A DNA stretch of 64,000 nt from Squalus acanthias (taxonomy: Eukaryota). Below, piece by piece: positions 12,722-25,375 of the stretch. Position 1 is the first letter of the stretch. Every line of letters starts with the position of its first letter. Location: assembly GCA_030390025.1 (NCBI GenBank), contig CM059425.1, positions 163,682,001 to 163,746,000 on the forward strand, given 5' to 3'. The notes beneath the pieces are model-generated. The model did not search any database, was not told the DNA's origin, and saw nothing but the letters and a program-made list of their open reading frames with translations. A program made the translations under genes and the position numbers.

Positions 12722-13650
12722 CGCTAAAAGATAATCATGGATTAGTTGTTTTATAGAATACTTGTTTTCTATCTTTAGTGATATAATCATCAGTAATGGA
12801 TTTATAATCATTTGCAAGAATTAAATAGAAAAGTCTAATTGTTAACTGTATACAATGGCAACCTGAATTATTAGATATAATTGTCTATAAATAAAGCCTG
12901 TGAGGAAACCTTAACCCAGACAGCCTAGGGTGAGAAAGAGGACTGCTATAGTTGAATAGGAAAGCTGTGGATGAATTAACATAAGTTGGACATTTTTGGA
13001 CATTAGCCAACAGTAAGGATGAGGCAGAGAGTGGAGCTAGCTGTGAGAACGAAGGTCAGTTGTAGTGGTAACCGTGTTGGAATGTTGCGAGAAGGAAAGG
13101 AGGACCGATGTCTGGCTATAAGCTGAAACATGGGCCTTTCACAGGACCATCAAGGGCAGCGTATCTCTACAGTATGGGGATATGTACTTTGGTGTTGCAG
13201 TAACTACCAGAGTCTTGGTCAAAAACTGATGTAAGGGGGTCATAAGACCAGGACCTGAGTAAGTAGAGGTGCTGTGGACGTGGCATCTTTATGATTGGAT
13301 TTTGGGAACTGGGTGTAAGCCAGTGATTGGTTCAGTAAGGCTCCATAGGTTTTGAATGAGACCAAGGGTACAAGAAGGGGGTCCTGACAGCCACAAAGGG
13401 TAGAAGATTTCAGGAAGAATCCAGGGGACACCTGAGAGACAGAGAGAGACAAGAGGCAGAGAGTGCGGCCTACGCTCAGTCGTGACTTCTACCCATAATG
13501 GGGTAATAAGTCTCAATTATACTCTGTAAACTACTGCTCTAATACTGTAATGTATTAAGTCTTGCTTGTGCAGAATAAAGTTAAACTGCGGTCACCAATA
13601 CGGGTCAACTTCAAACCTTTCAGAATTAGAGCCCCTCTGGGATCCTTACA
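12722..13650 (+). mobile_element. Probable solo LTR inserted into a Deu-SINE 3' end
   Basis: Ends ...CCTTACA with AATAAA at 13574-13579. The flanks cacaacctcaga and acatcccaaaactctttagagccaatgaagtac rejoin into the SINE tail seen elsewhere in the window. The 5' TG terminus is not intact. Confidence 0.55.
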
Positions 13651-13785
13651 ACATCCCAAAACTCTTTAGAGCCAATGAAGTACTTTTCTGAAGTGTAGTC
13701 ACTGTTGTAATATAGTAATGGATTATGTTTTAAAACAAAGTGAATTCACATTTGGTTAAAAAGAGATGACAGACTGCAAGCATGG

Positions 13786-14086
13786 AAACATAGAAGATAG
13801 GAGCAGGAGTAGGCCATTCGGCCCCTCGAGCCTGCTCTGCCATTTAATGAGATCATGGCTGATCATCCAAATTCAGTACCTGTCCCTGCTTTCTCCCCAT
13901 ATCCCTTGATCCCCTTAGCCTTAAGAAATATATCTAACTCCTTCTTGAATATATTTAATGAATTGGACTCAACTGCCTTCTGTGGTAGAGAATTCCACAG
14001 GTTCACCACTCTCTGGGTAAAGAAATTCCTCCTCATCTCGGTCCTAAATGGCTTACCCCTTATCCTTAGACTGTGACCCCTGGTTC
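13786..14086 (-). mobile_element. Young CR1 3' fragment
   Basis: ORF 13863..14132 TRGHSLRIRGKPFRTEMRRNFFTQRVVNLWNSLP; about 11 differences in ~300 bp from 44273-44578 by eye. Confidence 0.93.
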
Positions 14087-15185
14087 CAAAGAACCAGCAC
14101 TGGTACAGTATTGCAGCTTTGAGAGACAGCATGCACTCCCACTGGGTGGTTGCAAGCGTTAATTTTCCCTGAAAACTGAGAATCAGTGACTAGGAATTTT
14201 TTTTTTTTTTTTTTAAATCATTGCTTCATATTCTAATGGCTTCCAGCTTCAGTTGGAAAAGTAATGAAACCAAACCAATAAATGCAGCCTCAAACCAACT
14301 GTGGATCCTGCCCAGAGATGCTCCCATTGTACTCTGCAAAGCACTTCAAAGCCACCCTGACAGCCCAACACTGTTCTAACACTGGATGGTCTCCTGACAC
14401 TCACCACAGCCCCCAAGTACTATGTACTAAACACTTCTTCCCCCACTGAGACCATTTTCTCGGTCCCAACAGGCACATTGTTTATGACACACCCACCCAC
14501 TCTCTAACGCTGCTTGGTCCGAATACTGCACTTGGCCTCAACCCCATTGTGCCATAGGAGATCAACTATTTTTTTATTTTTTTATTTTTAAGAAATACAC
14601 TCCGGACTCAGCAGAAAGCAAGCAAATATAAAACTAGAGCAATGTGCACATGACACATTTGCTATGGACAGTTCCAGACGCTTGCTCTTCTCACTCCCCT
14701 GCCACCTACCACAGCCAGCAATTATTCTTCCACAATGTTACTGCACAGATATAATCTCATCATATAAATGCATTTCAATTTTGCTTCCAAAGTAAATCAA
14801 ACTACTCTGGCTATAAATAAACTACGTAAAATACTTGACAGTATGTTGACCTCTCAGTAAGCAGTAGCGGCATATGGAACAGTTGTCCTGAAGTCAGAAA
14901 AGGCTACATTATACTGTAGTTTCCAAATCCTCTCCTCCAACACTTCCAAACATAGCCAAAACCAGGTCCATTGGCATTGCAGGTTTATAGGATATATAGT
15001 TACACTGTGACAGCTATGACTCTGCAAATATTGTACAAGATTTACACCACCTCCCTAGTAGGGAAGGCAAAACTAGTGCTACGATTTTATCATAATTTGT
15101 TTAATGTTATTAGCTATACTCAGCACTTTGCATATTTCCCTCTATAATCCAAGTTACAGTTTAGAAAGTAAGGAGCTATTAAAGT

Positions 15186-15321
15186 GGGCTCTGATAAAAG
15201 GTCACCAACCTGAAAAGTTAACTTTGTTTCTCTTTTCACAGATGCTGCCCGACCTGCTGAGTATTTCCAGCATTTTCAGTTTCTATTTCAAATTCCCAGC
15301 ATCTGCAGTATTTTGCTTTTG
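15186..15321 (+). mobile_element. Penelope-like terminal-repeat fragment with degenerate hammerhead motif
   Basis: ctgataaaaggtcaccaacctgaaaagttaact...cagatgctgcccgacctgctgag...; TSD TATTAAAGT at 15177-15185 and 15322-15330. Confidence 0.8.
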
Positions 15322-15524
15322 TATTAAAGTATTAATGTGGTATTGAAGCAACTGTTATGTAGCAAAACACAGTAACTTTCAATTTCTCTTGCAACAAATG
15401 TTTTCATGTACAATATTTATTTAAAAGGGAAATGTTTGACTGCATATAAAAAAAGGATCATGCTGAGCAAGTACATGGCTGGAATTTTTTGGTGCTCCAA
15501 GATACCGAAATAGAATTAAAAATC

Positions 15525-16150
15525 AAAAAGGCTAATGGATGTTGGTCTTCACAAAGCAGGGGGTGGGGGGTTGGAATTCTAAAGTGACGAAGTGTTGCTT
15601 CATTTGTACAGAGCCGGAGTCAGACTCCACCTGGTGTACTGCATTCAGCTTTCGGCACCAAACCTCAGGACAGATAAATTGGCCCTGGAAGGGGAACAGC
15701 AGATTCACCAAATGATACCAGGGCTTAAAGGACTAAATTATGATGCCATGTTTCATAAGCCTTGCTTTCATGTCTTGAGTTTAGACATTTGAGGTGTGAT
15801 CTAATCTAATCAAGGTATTTAAAATGATTGAAAGATTTAATAGTTTTTCCTGTATTTCCCCTATTTCCTCTGGTGAGGGAATCCAGTACAAGAGGTAATA
15901 ATCTTAGAGCTGCTAGGCCATATAGAAGTGAAATCAGGAAGCAATTTTTCCACACCGTTTAGTGGAAATCTACAACCCCCCCTCAACTGGTGGTGGATGC
16001 TGGGTCAATTGAAATTTTCAAAACCTTTAGCTGGGAAAGGGCATCAAGGCATATGGAGCAAAGGCAGATAAATCAAGTTGAGGTACAGATCAGACATGAT
16101 CTAATTGAATGATGGAACAGGCTCAAGGGGCTGGATAGTCTACTCCTCCT
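15525..16150 (+). mobile_element. Degraded CR1 3' fragment
   Basis: ORF 15592..15792 LHLYRAGVRLHLVYCIQ; CR1-type 3' UTR ending ctactcctcctatg. Confidence 0.8.
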
Positions 16151-16863
16151 ATGTGGTGCATTCAAATTATTTCTCCAGGAAATTTGAATAACTGTGCAAC
16201 AGGAAGATTCAGGCACAAAATGGCAGAATTTATGGCACTATTCACAGATCACACCATTCCAGGAAATTCTGACCCACTGTTATATGAAAGGCACCACGTA
16301 AGACTTCTTGTAGCTATGCTGACAATATTCACAAAACCAAAATGTATAGTCCATAGTACATTAATAAATGCATGTGACATTCCAGCCTACTGTTGCAAAC
16401 TATTTAGTGAAAATATCATTGGAGAATAGTTTGCTGCATTTAAACATTAATCCTGTGCTCGACACTGTTTACAACATTCAAAGCTGCAATAAAAAAAAGG
16501 CTGAAGTTTAATAACTGATGATTTACAATTACCTTCTGGCTCATTAGACTTTAACTACTTACTCACTACAATTGCCAAGTCAAATGGATCAGAGGCCGAA
16601 ATAATACACAAGTTTGGATACAAAAATGTAATTATATTTTTGTGTGGAACCGTCATTTAGATGAGCCAATTTTACTATTGAATATTTGCATGCAAATTTT
16701 AAATTTCTACAATCAACATACAAAGCATAAGGTGACAGGTTTAGAAAAATCAGGTGGGCGAATGGAAGAGAATGGGTTAGTCAAACTGTAAACTTCAGTT
16801 ATTCCTACTTCCAAGAACTAGATTGAAGAGTGATGAATGTAAACCATGTCTACCACTACTGAC

Positions 16864-17123
16864 CTGTTGTAGAATTGGTCCAAGAGAGTTCTTGTCTTTC
16901 TGACTAACACCATCTTTCTGTAATCGGGCCAGAAGCTCTGGTTTCTTGAAGGGTTTTAGTACCAATAAGTGGATCACCCTATCCCTATAAGATCGTTGGG
17001 AAACACTGTTGTTTGTATTGCACTTCCTTATTGTATTTGCAGGATTAATGGGGGTTGACCTTTTCCGTTCAGGCACAGCATCTGGGATGCCCGGTGCTGG
17101 TTTACGAATCTGCACTCGCTTAC
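16864..17123 (-). CDS. ELL2: ELL2 coding exon (exon 5), 260 nt, KRVQIRKPAPGIPDAVPERKRSTPINPANTIRK...RDRVIHLLVLKPFKKPELLARLQKDGVSQKDKNSLGPILQQ
   Basis: tttctag|GTAAGCGAGTG...CAACAG|gtcagt, overlapping ORF 16795..17115. Strong match to the recalled ELL2 peptide; the phase 1 start completes the Gly codon from exon 4. Confidence 0.97.
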
Positions 17124-18086
17124 CTAGAAATGGTACAAAAACAACTTCTAAATTAAAAGAAAATCAAATTACAAGAAAATCAAATTATATATTTATGCTA
17201 AAATAAAAATTATTTACTTTGTGTTCCAAGATAAATGTACAATTAAAATAAAAGTGCTTGGACAAAGTCTTTTCAGCAATGTTTTTGATGACTTCAATAC
17301 AAATGGTTCTATATCGTAGTTAATAGTGAACAAGATGGAAACCACATCCATGTTTATAATAAACTATGAATCCACTTAGTTCCATCATAATGAGCGAATT
17401 TTCTCAAAGCAGAATTGATAGTTCACCTTCCCTCTTCCAAGCTGAAGATCATGTCCCCTTGGTTATAGAGTTTGCAGTTAAGTGAAAGAAATTATGAGTA
17501 TAGTCTCCATTGGGTAAATGTATTGAAAAATAGGAAGGAGCAGTAAGAGAGTCTGTTATACTAAATTGTTGCAATCTTCAATGCTTGGAAAAACTATTTG
17601 TATGCTTATCAGCATCCAACTCCTCTTACTACATTTTATGCTAAATGCAAATTCCACAAATGATCATGAATGCAATTCGTGAATTGAGGCAACCCTTCCA
17701 GATAGGTCAGAGATGTCACGTCAGTGACAGTACTGCACATAACCCTGATTGAGTGTATGGCAAAAATGGGCTTGAAGCTAGCCCATGGCACAACCTAGTC
17801 TCTGCGGGTAGCGCAGGGAACAGACGGAGCTGAATTTTGCAATGGCACAGGAAAGGTTTGTCCAGAGCTTACTTAGTTAAGGAGTGTAAAATCTGGCAAG
17901 GCAACAACTCTTACAAGGACTGTAGCCTGCCTTTGTGTGGAAATTAGAGTGACAGAAAAGCTGACTAACTGTTCAGTGCTAAAGCAGAAACATGTGGGCA
18001 ACACTGCTACTTTTGATGGAGTTGGAGACCCCATGGCACCAAAGGACAGTGCCCATATTTGGGGCTAAAGACCACTCTCCAGTAAA

Positions 18087-18724
18087 AGAACTTGCATTTG
18101 TATATCACCTTTAATGTAGAAAAACATCCCAAGGCACTTCAAAGAAGCATAACCAGACAAAAATTGGCACCTAGCCAAAAGGTGGTGACCAAAAGATTAG
18201 TCAAAGAAGTAGGTCTAAAAGGACAAAAGAGGTGGAGAGGTTTAGGGAAGGAATTCCAGCATTTAGAGCAGAGATGGCTGAATGCGTGGCTACCAATGGT
18301 GAAAGAAGTGGGAGATGGTCAGTAGAGAGTTAGATTTGGGTGTTGCCAGCATCCATATGGAACCTGATGCCATGTCTTCGGATGATGTCACCAAGGGGCA
18401 GGATTCAGATGAGGAATAGGAGGCGGCCAAGGATAGATCCTCAGGGGACTCCACAGGTAATTGTGCTGAAGCGGGGAGAAGCCATTACTGTAGATGCTCT
18501 GGCTATGACTTAATACGCAAGAATGGAACCAAACGAGGACAGTTTCATTGAGCTGGACAATGGAGGAGACACGTTGGGAGGAGAATGTATGGTCAACAGT
18601 GTCAAAGACTGCAAAGAAGTTGAGAAGGCCGAGGAGAAATAGTGCACCACGATCAGTCACAAGGATATGATTTATGACTTTCATTGGAGCCGTTCCAATA
18701 CGGTGGCAGGGCGGAAACCACATT
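18087..18724 (-). mobile_element. L2-type LINE fragments, internally deleted
   Basis: ORF 18388..18723 AVFDTVDH...WFHS (L2 RT AAFDTVDH motif); L2-type 3' end aacttgcatttgtata at ~18088. Confidence 0.75.
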
Positions 18725-19259
18725 TGGGAGTACTGTGCACAGTTCTGGTCGCCGTAGTATAAGGTGTATGGAGAAGGTGCAAAACGATTTACAAGGCTGA
18801 TGCCAGAACTGAGAGGTTATGCCCATCAGGAAAGATTGAACAGTTTGGGGCTCTTTTCTCTAGGAAAGAGAAGGCTGAGAGGTGACCAATAGGGGGTCTT
18901 TAAGATTCTGAACAGGTTTGATAGAGTAGACGTAGAGAAGATGTTTCCACTTGTGGGAGACCCCAAAACTAGGGGCCATAAATATAAGATAGTCACTAAT
19001 AAATCCAATAGAGAAACTTCTTTAACCAGAGAGTGATTAGAATGTGGAACTTGCTACCACAAGGGAGTAGTTGAGGCGACTAGCATAGATGCATTTAAGG
19101 GGAAGCGAGATAAACAGGGGAGAGAAAGGAATAGAAGGATATGCTGATAAAGTCAGATGAAGAGGGGTGAAAGAAGACTCGTGTGGAGCATAAACGCAGG
19201 CATAGACCAGGTAGGCTGCATGGCCGGTTTCTGTGCTGTACATTCTATGCAATTGTATG
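18725..19259 (+). mobile_element. CR1 3' fragment
   Basis: gagtactgtgcacagttctggtcgcc (EYCAQFWSP); tail ttctatgcaattgtatg; same subfamily look as 10172-11226. Confidence 0.85.
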
Positions 19260-19283
19260 ATTGAAGAGATTCAAACATGGAGT

Positions 19284-19413
19284 CTGATGAAAGGTCTTCG
19301 ACCTGAAACGTTAACTCTGTTTCTATCTCCACAGATGCTGCCTGACCTGCTGAGTTTTTCCAGCGTTTTCTGTTATTTCGGATTTCCAGCATCCGCAGTA
19401 TTTTGCTATTGTG
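19284..19413 (+). mobile_element. Penelope-like terminal-repeat fragment with near-intact hammerhead core
   Basis: CTGATGA-a-AGGTC-ttc-GACCT-GAAACGTT; 13-bp TSD TCAAACATGGAGT at 19271-19283 and 19414-19426. Confidence 0.85.
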
Positions 19414-19569
19414 TCAAACATGGAGTGGCAGGAAAGATAGACATGGAATTGGGAGGCAACAAGTGCGAGCTGCATGGAAGGAGGTCACAGAAAGTCAATC
19501 CAATCAATCCATTATAATCGGACTGAAAATAAGGAAGAAGTTAACTGGCATAAAAAGGGAACAAAAAAA

Positions 19570-20572
19570 GGTATTCCTTAATTTTGCACACTTTTGATGG
19601 GGCTCCATCAAGCATGGCACAAACCCAAGTAACGGACTCCTGAACACCCTGGGAGTTATCATTTCAAGCATCATCTTTTTGCGCACACATTTTAATTGTA
19701 CCAAATTTGGATGCCACACTCAGCTAGAGACAGCAATTGAGGAATGATCGCCTGCTGTTAGGGGATCTCTCAGTGGGCTCAGTCGAGGTTAGCCCTGATC
19801 GAGAGCCACTCACAAATATTTTTCTCTTCACAAAAAATGCGTACTGTGCACTGCTGCAAAATGAAGGTATCATGCTGCTCTTTAGAGTACAGATTATTAC
19901 ATACACAATGACATTTGTGGTCAGATACCTCCTGCACAGTAATTGAGGGCAAACCCTGTGTGGTTGAGGTCGATCTAAGGACTCCTCATGCCTATGGTGT
20001 ACCATCTTCACCTTGCACTTGAAGGAATTCTGCCAACCCATCAAACTAATGCCCCATTTCCAGAGAAATGTGGCAAAGTTATTCTCCCCATGCAAACATG
20101 GCATTTGTCACTTGCTGGTACATGAGTGCACTGCCAAATGCCTGATGTGGCAGATGTTCCCTGGGCAACTTGGGTGGATCCAGTAGCATGAAAGCTTCAT
20201 GTTGAGGAAACTTAGAGAGCTGTCTGTTGCAGATGCCGTTTGCAAATCTTCCAGAAGATGGTACAACTTTTGTTGTAGTCCATCGCGTGAAAGAGATGGA
20301 GGAGAGTGGACCCAGTGACATGTCCAGATAGGTGCAAAGGGGTCTTATGTCCTGAAATGGAGGGACACCAGTAAAGTACAGAAGGAGGTAACCAAAAACA
20401 GTAGAATTTCTTTTCCCTGCAACAAAAAGCCTTCAAGAAAACTACTTGGTCAGGTCAGGTTCAATGGACCATTGAATTTAATGGAAAGGAAAAATCGGGC
20501 GGGCTGTTTAACAGATGGCTGATCTGCTGCCGTCCATTTTACATCCCCAGTGAAGTTGAAAGTTCCACCCAG
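19570..20572 (-). pseudogene. Decayed PIF/Harbinger DDE transposase with one terminal repeat
   Basis: Across frameshifts the minus strand gives, in order: YLDMS, HLLEDLQ, SFHATGSTQ, ICHIRHLAVHSC, QVTNAMFA, LAEFLQVQGEDGT, NHTGF, ITVQEVSDH, HDTFILQQ, SPLRDP, PSKVCKI. This is the HARBI1-family motif order. TIR-like aagttgaaagttccaccc at ~20552-20570. Confidence 0.8.
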
Positions 20573-20737
20573 TCTGTGCAAAGAATAGTGAGATCAGAAC
20601 AAAGATAAAACTTTAAAAAGTGCACATCTGAGGCACAAAATTGAAGTAGTCAACAAACTAACAATTTCACAACTATAAAAATAGTGTTCAAAAATTAAAG
20701 ATCTTTGGCCTTTGAATTATACTGCGAGATAATAGAA

Positions 20738-20832
20738 TATTTCTCTCCACAGATGCTGCCTGACCTGCTGAGTATTTCCAGCATTTTCTGTTTCTTTTTC
20801 AGATTTCCAGCATCTGCAGTATTTTGCTTTTG
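20738..20832 (+). mobile_element. Penelope-like terminal-repeat fragment, truncated downstream of the hammerhead
   Basis: ctctccacagatgctgcctgacctgctgag...ttttgcttttg; TSD TAATAGAA at 20730-20737 and 20833-20840. Confidence 0.8.
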
Positions 20833-22127
20833 TAATAGAAAAGGAGTACTTGGCATGTTTGTGAGAAACTCCTAGTTCAGACATTAACTTGATTAAAGTA
20901 AATGGGCTACTGCATTTCATAAAACAAAGGAATTTCCAGCAAACCCTTAAAAGGCTTCCTAGGTTATAATCCCACAATGTAATTTCAGTGCCTCTAAATG
21001 CTCTGTTATAGCATCCTTACTAATGCCTTATCTGAAATCAACTAAATTAACTCAGCAGGGGTTGAACTGTAGGCCTCTGATCTCTATGTGCCAGTTACTT
21101 ATTGCTTTAACCAGCTAGGAATTTTAAAATGGAAACTTAATTTTGGCTTATTCCATAGAATAGTGCAATACAGAAACAGGTTATTTGGGACATTAAGTCT
21201 GCACTGATGTTTTTCTCCACAAGGCTAGTCCAACTAGACTAATCCTATTCTCCTGTGCTCCCCAGACCCATTAATAATTATTTTTCAAGCAACTAATTTC
21301 CTTTTGAAAGAAAGCATGAACTGTTTGAGGTAGAGATTTCCACATTCTAACCATCTTCTGTGCAAAGAATTTAGTTTAACCTTGATTTATCCATTTTTCT
21401 GATCCTAACCAATTAAAAATAGTTGAACAACAGCACAAGTTCCTAATTACTATTATTAATAAACAAGATTCAAAAAGGTAAGTATTTGATTAATGAACAC
21501 AAAATATTTCAGAACAGGGAAAGGCCATTATGTGCAAAAAGTCCATCCCCATCTCACATTTCCTTTTTCATCAGATCCCTCAATCCCTCCAGAAACTGAC
21601 ATTTAATTGTCTCAAACCATTATGTACTCCATCCAAAGGTGCACGTGAACTTTAAGGGGGGGGGGGGGGAAGATCAATAATTGTTACTAGTAGGAAAATG
21701 CCACTCTTAAATAATTTAGAATGCAACCAGAATTTGTACTTTAATACCTCATGCTTATTTGGCTCTAGTTCTCAGAGCAGGGTGGAGATCCTATCAAAAA
21801 TACTTTGTCATATAAATGAATATGTTTAATTCTTTAAACAAGGACTGCTTTCAAAACAGTTTCCCCGAAACAGTTCAATACATCATATTCATGAAAATGA
21901 ATGCGTAAACCAATATACTGTATGTACATTGTACAAGTGGCTGCAATCTGCAGACAACAGCCACATTAAGATTTACTTAATTCTACCCATTTAATGTTGC
22001 AATGACAATACAGAAACGCATCTACCAACTTTAATCTTGTGGCTACTTAGTTTATTTGCCCTCAAGCCTACCACAAATTGTGTAGGTGTTTGGTTTACAA
22101 GAGACTCGTGTTCGAACTTAGAACACG

Positions 22128-23785
22128 TTAGAAGGTTCTTAATGAATACTTTGCTTCGGTCTTCACAAAAGAGCGGGACGATGAGGACATTGTAGTCAAG
22201 GAGGAGGCGTGTGAAATATTAAATGAGATAAACATAGGAGGATATATTAAGGGGTCTAGCATATTTGAAAGTAGATAAATCACCAGGCCGGGATGAAATG
22301 CATCCTCGGCAGTTAAGAGAAGCAAGGGAGGAAATAGCAGAGGCTCTGACCATCATTTTCCAATTCTCTCTGGCTACAGGTGTGGTGCTGGAGGACTGTC
22401 AACATTGTACCTTTGTTTAAAAAGGGATAGACCGAATAAGTACAGGCCAGTCAGCCTAACCTCTGTGGTGGGCAAATTATTGGAAAAAATTCTGAGGGAC
22501 AATATTAATTGTCATTTAGAAAAACACAGATCAATCAAGGACAGTCAGCATGGATTTGTTAAGGGAAGGGCATGTCTAACTAACTTGATTGAATTTTTTG
22601 AGGTGGTAACAAGGAGAGTTGATGTGGGTAGCATGCTTGATGTAGTCTATATGGATTTTAGCAAGGCTTTTGACAAGGTCCCACATGACAGACTGGTCAG
22701 TAAAGTAAAATCCCATGGGATCCAAGGGAAAGTGGCAAGTTGGATCTAAAATTGGTTCAGTTAGGCAGGAAGTAAAGGGTGTTTTTGTGACTGGAAGGCA
22801 GTTTCCAGTGGGGTTCTGCAGGGCTCAGTACTAGGTCCCTTGCTTTTTGTGGTATATATCAATGATTTAGACTTTGCAGGATGATATAAAAAGGTGGTCG
22901 ATAGTGAGGATGAAAGCTGTAGACTGCAGAAGATTATTAATGGACTGGTCAGGTGGGCAGAAATGTTGCAAATGGAATTCAATCCAGAGAAGTGAGGTGT
23001 AATGCATTTGGGGAGAGCTAACAACGCAAGGGAATACACAATAAATGGTAGGATACTGAGAAGTGTGAAGGAATAGAGGGACTTTGGAGTGCATGTCCAC
23101 AGATCCCTGAAGGCTGCAGGGCAGGTAGATAAGGTGGTTAACAAGGCATACGGGATACTTTCCTTTATTAGCCGAGGCATAGAATACAAAAGCAGAGAGG
23201 TTATGCTTGAAATGTATAAAACACCTGTTAGGCCACAGCTAGAGTACTGCGTACAGTTCTGGTCACCACATTACAGGAATGACGTGATCGCACTAGAGAG
23301 GTACAGAGGAAATTTATGAGGATGTTGCCAGGACTGGCGAATTTTAGCTATGAGGAAAGATTGAATAGACTGTGGTTGTTTTCTTTAGAACAAGGGAGGC
23401 TTATGCGAGACTTGATTGAGGTGTATAAAATTATGAGGGGCCTAGATAGAGTGGATAGGAAGGACCTATTTCCCTTAGTAGAGAGGTCAATAACCAGGGG
23501 GTATAGATTTAAAATAACTGGTAGAAGGATTCGAGGAGAGTTGGAGAACTTTTTTCACCCCGAGGGTGGTGGATGTCTGGAACTCACTGCCTGAAAGGGG
23601 GGGGGGGGTAGAGACAGAAACCCTCAACGCATTTAAAGTACTTGGATATGCACTTGAAGTGCTACAACCTACAAGGCTACAGACCAAGAGCTGGAAAGTG
23701 GGATTAGGCTGGATAGCCCTTTTTTGGCCAGAACAGACACGATGGGCCGAATGGGATCCTTGTGTCGTAAATTTCTGATTCGATG
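22128..23785 (+). mobile_element. CR1 LINE RT region to 3' end
   Basis: ORFs 22405..22749 (YRPVSLTSVVGK, SQHGF, DFSKAFDKVPH), 23089..23319 and 23316..23594. Confidence 0.93.
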
Positions 23786-24809
23786 ATGCTAGTCAATGTT
23801 GCATTGTCACGAAAGCCTGCCCTTTCTTAATCGACTGGTATGCCTTCAGAGTATTGTTTATCAGAAATTCATCTCTGCCTTTAAGGAAATTTTCTAAGGA
23901 TAGCCAGGTTTCGGTGTTCAAAGATGCCATGTCACAATGATGCTATGCTCCCCACCCTGCCACATGGTTCTGTTGCCACCGAAATGCCAGAGAGAAGCAG
24001 ACCTTGGATCCACTGCTATGCTTCACATCCTGACCTTGGGCTGAAATGCTACCAAAGAGAGTCAGGACTCAGCTGCTGCACCACCCCCCACCCACCCTTG
24101 AGACACAAATCAGGTCTTGGACCTACTGCTGTGCTTTCCACTTGCTCTCAAGCCAAATTGCCTCTGAAAATTGGGTCCTGATTAATCTTCATAGTTTAGG
24201 GCTTATTCACAGGCTACTCCCAATCAATGTTAAGCCAGCCACATTCAGAGTTTCTGTTATTTAAATAATACACCTGGGCCACCTTATATTTCCTACTTTA
24301 ATACATTTTAATAGAACAGTTAGATTTCCTTTTTTTTTGATGATTTTGGGTAAAGCTGGTTATATTTCCTTTAATCAATGCATTTTACAGCAAACCAATT
24401 CTATTAAATGGCCAATCCTTTTATTTAATGCATTAACTTTCACAACCCCATTCAATTAACCAGCCATCACTATTACCAATAAATGTTCACGGCATAGACT
24501 TAATAAATTTTACAACCACATTCAATACCCACTACTTCAATTTAAAAAGTTTGAGACTGCCAATAAATAGCCTCTGCTTTTACTTACTTAATACATTTTT
24601 GCAGGTAAAGCCATCTGCTTTCTCACCAGCAATGTGATGGGCGATTCTCTAGTGTTTAAAATAAATTAGCCAACCTTCATTTTATCTGAAGAAAGATTCT
24701 GCAAAGTTACGTGCGCGACGAGGCTAACTGCTAACTAACGACAGGCCGAGTATGCATCACCTGATCAAAATGCATATGCATGGTATGAATTTATTAGCGA
24801 CAGTGGGGA

Positions 24810-24964
24810 TGAATTTCTGCAGGGGATGTCTTGCTTGTCTGCTGTAGCTTCAACAGAAAAGCCCTGGGAAAAACAATAAACGGCATTTGCGCCATTTTTC
24901 AGCGTTTCCTCAGCTCTTCCGCCAAAGCTATTGCATACAATCAGTAAATCCCTGCAGAAATTCA
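24810..24964. mobile_element. Small MITE with perfect 15-bp inverted repeats
   Basis: TGAATTTCTGCAGGG (24810-24824) and CCCTGCAGAAATTCA (24950-24964). Confidence 0.65.
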
Positions 24965-25375
24965 CCAGTGTATTATGGTATTTCCCCATGAAGAGGTGAG
25001 CGAGAGAGATTAGAGATAACAAATGTGGTAGAGAAAAGGTCGAGACCTAAAGAGCCAAACAAAATCACAGATTTCCAAAAGAAAGCGAGACTTTGCATTT
25101 ATATGGTACTCAAAATATCCCAAAGTGCTTCACAGTCTTTACTGTGAATAGCTGAAGAGTCATGTTGAGTAGAGAATCAATTCTTAACTTACTTTTTCTC
25201 AGCTTAATGGAGTGTACCTTGATGAGATTATGAGGTTGCAATCGGAAGAATTTAACCACAGAAATAACTGAAGTTTAAAGATTTGGCCAAAATAATGTAA
25301 TCCATGAAGATTTTTAATTTGTTCCAAAAGATTTAATTGTGCTATCAATTATTGGATACCAATTTCTTGATCAAT

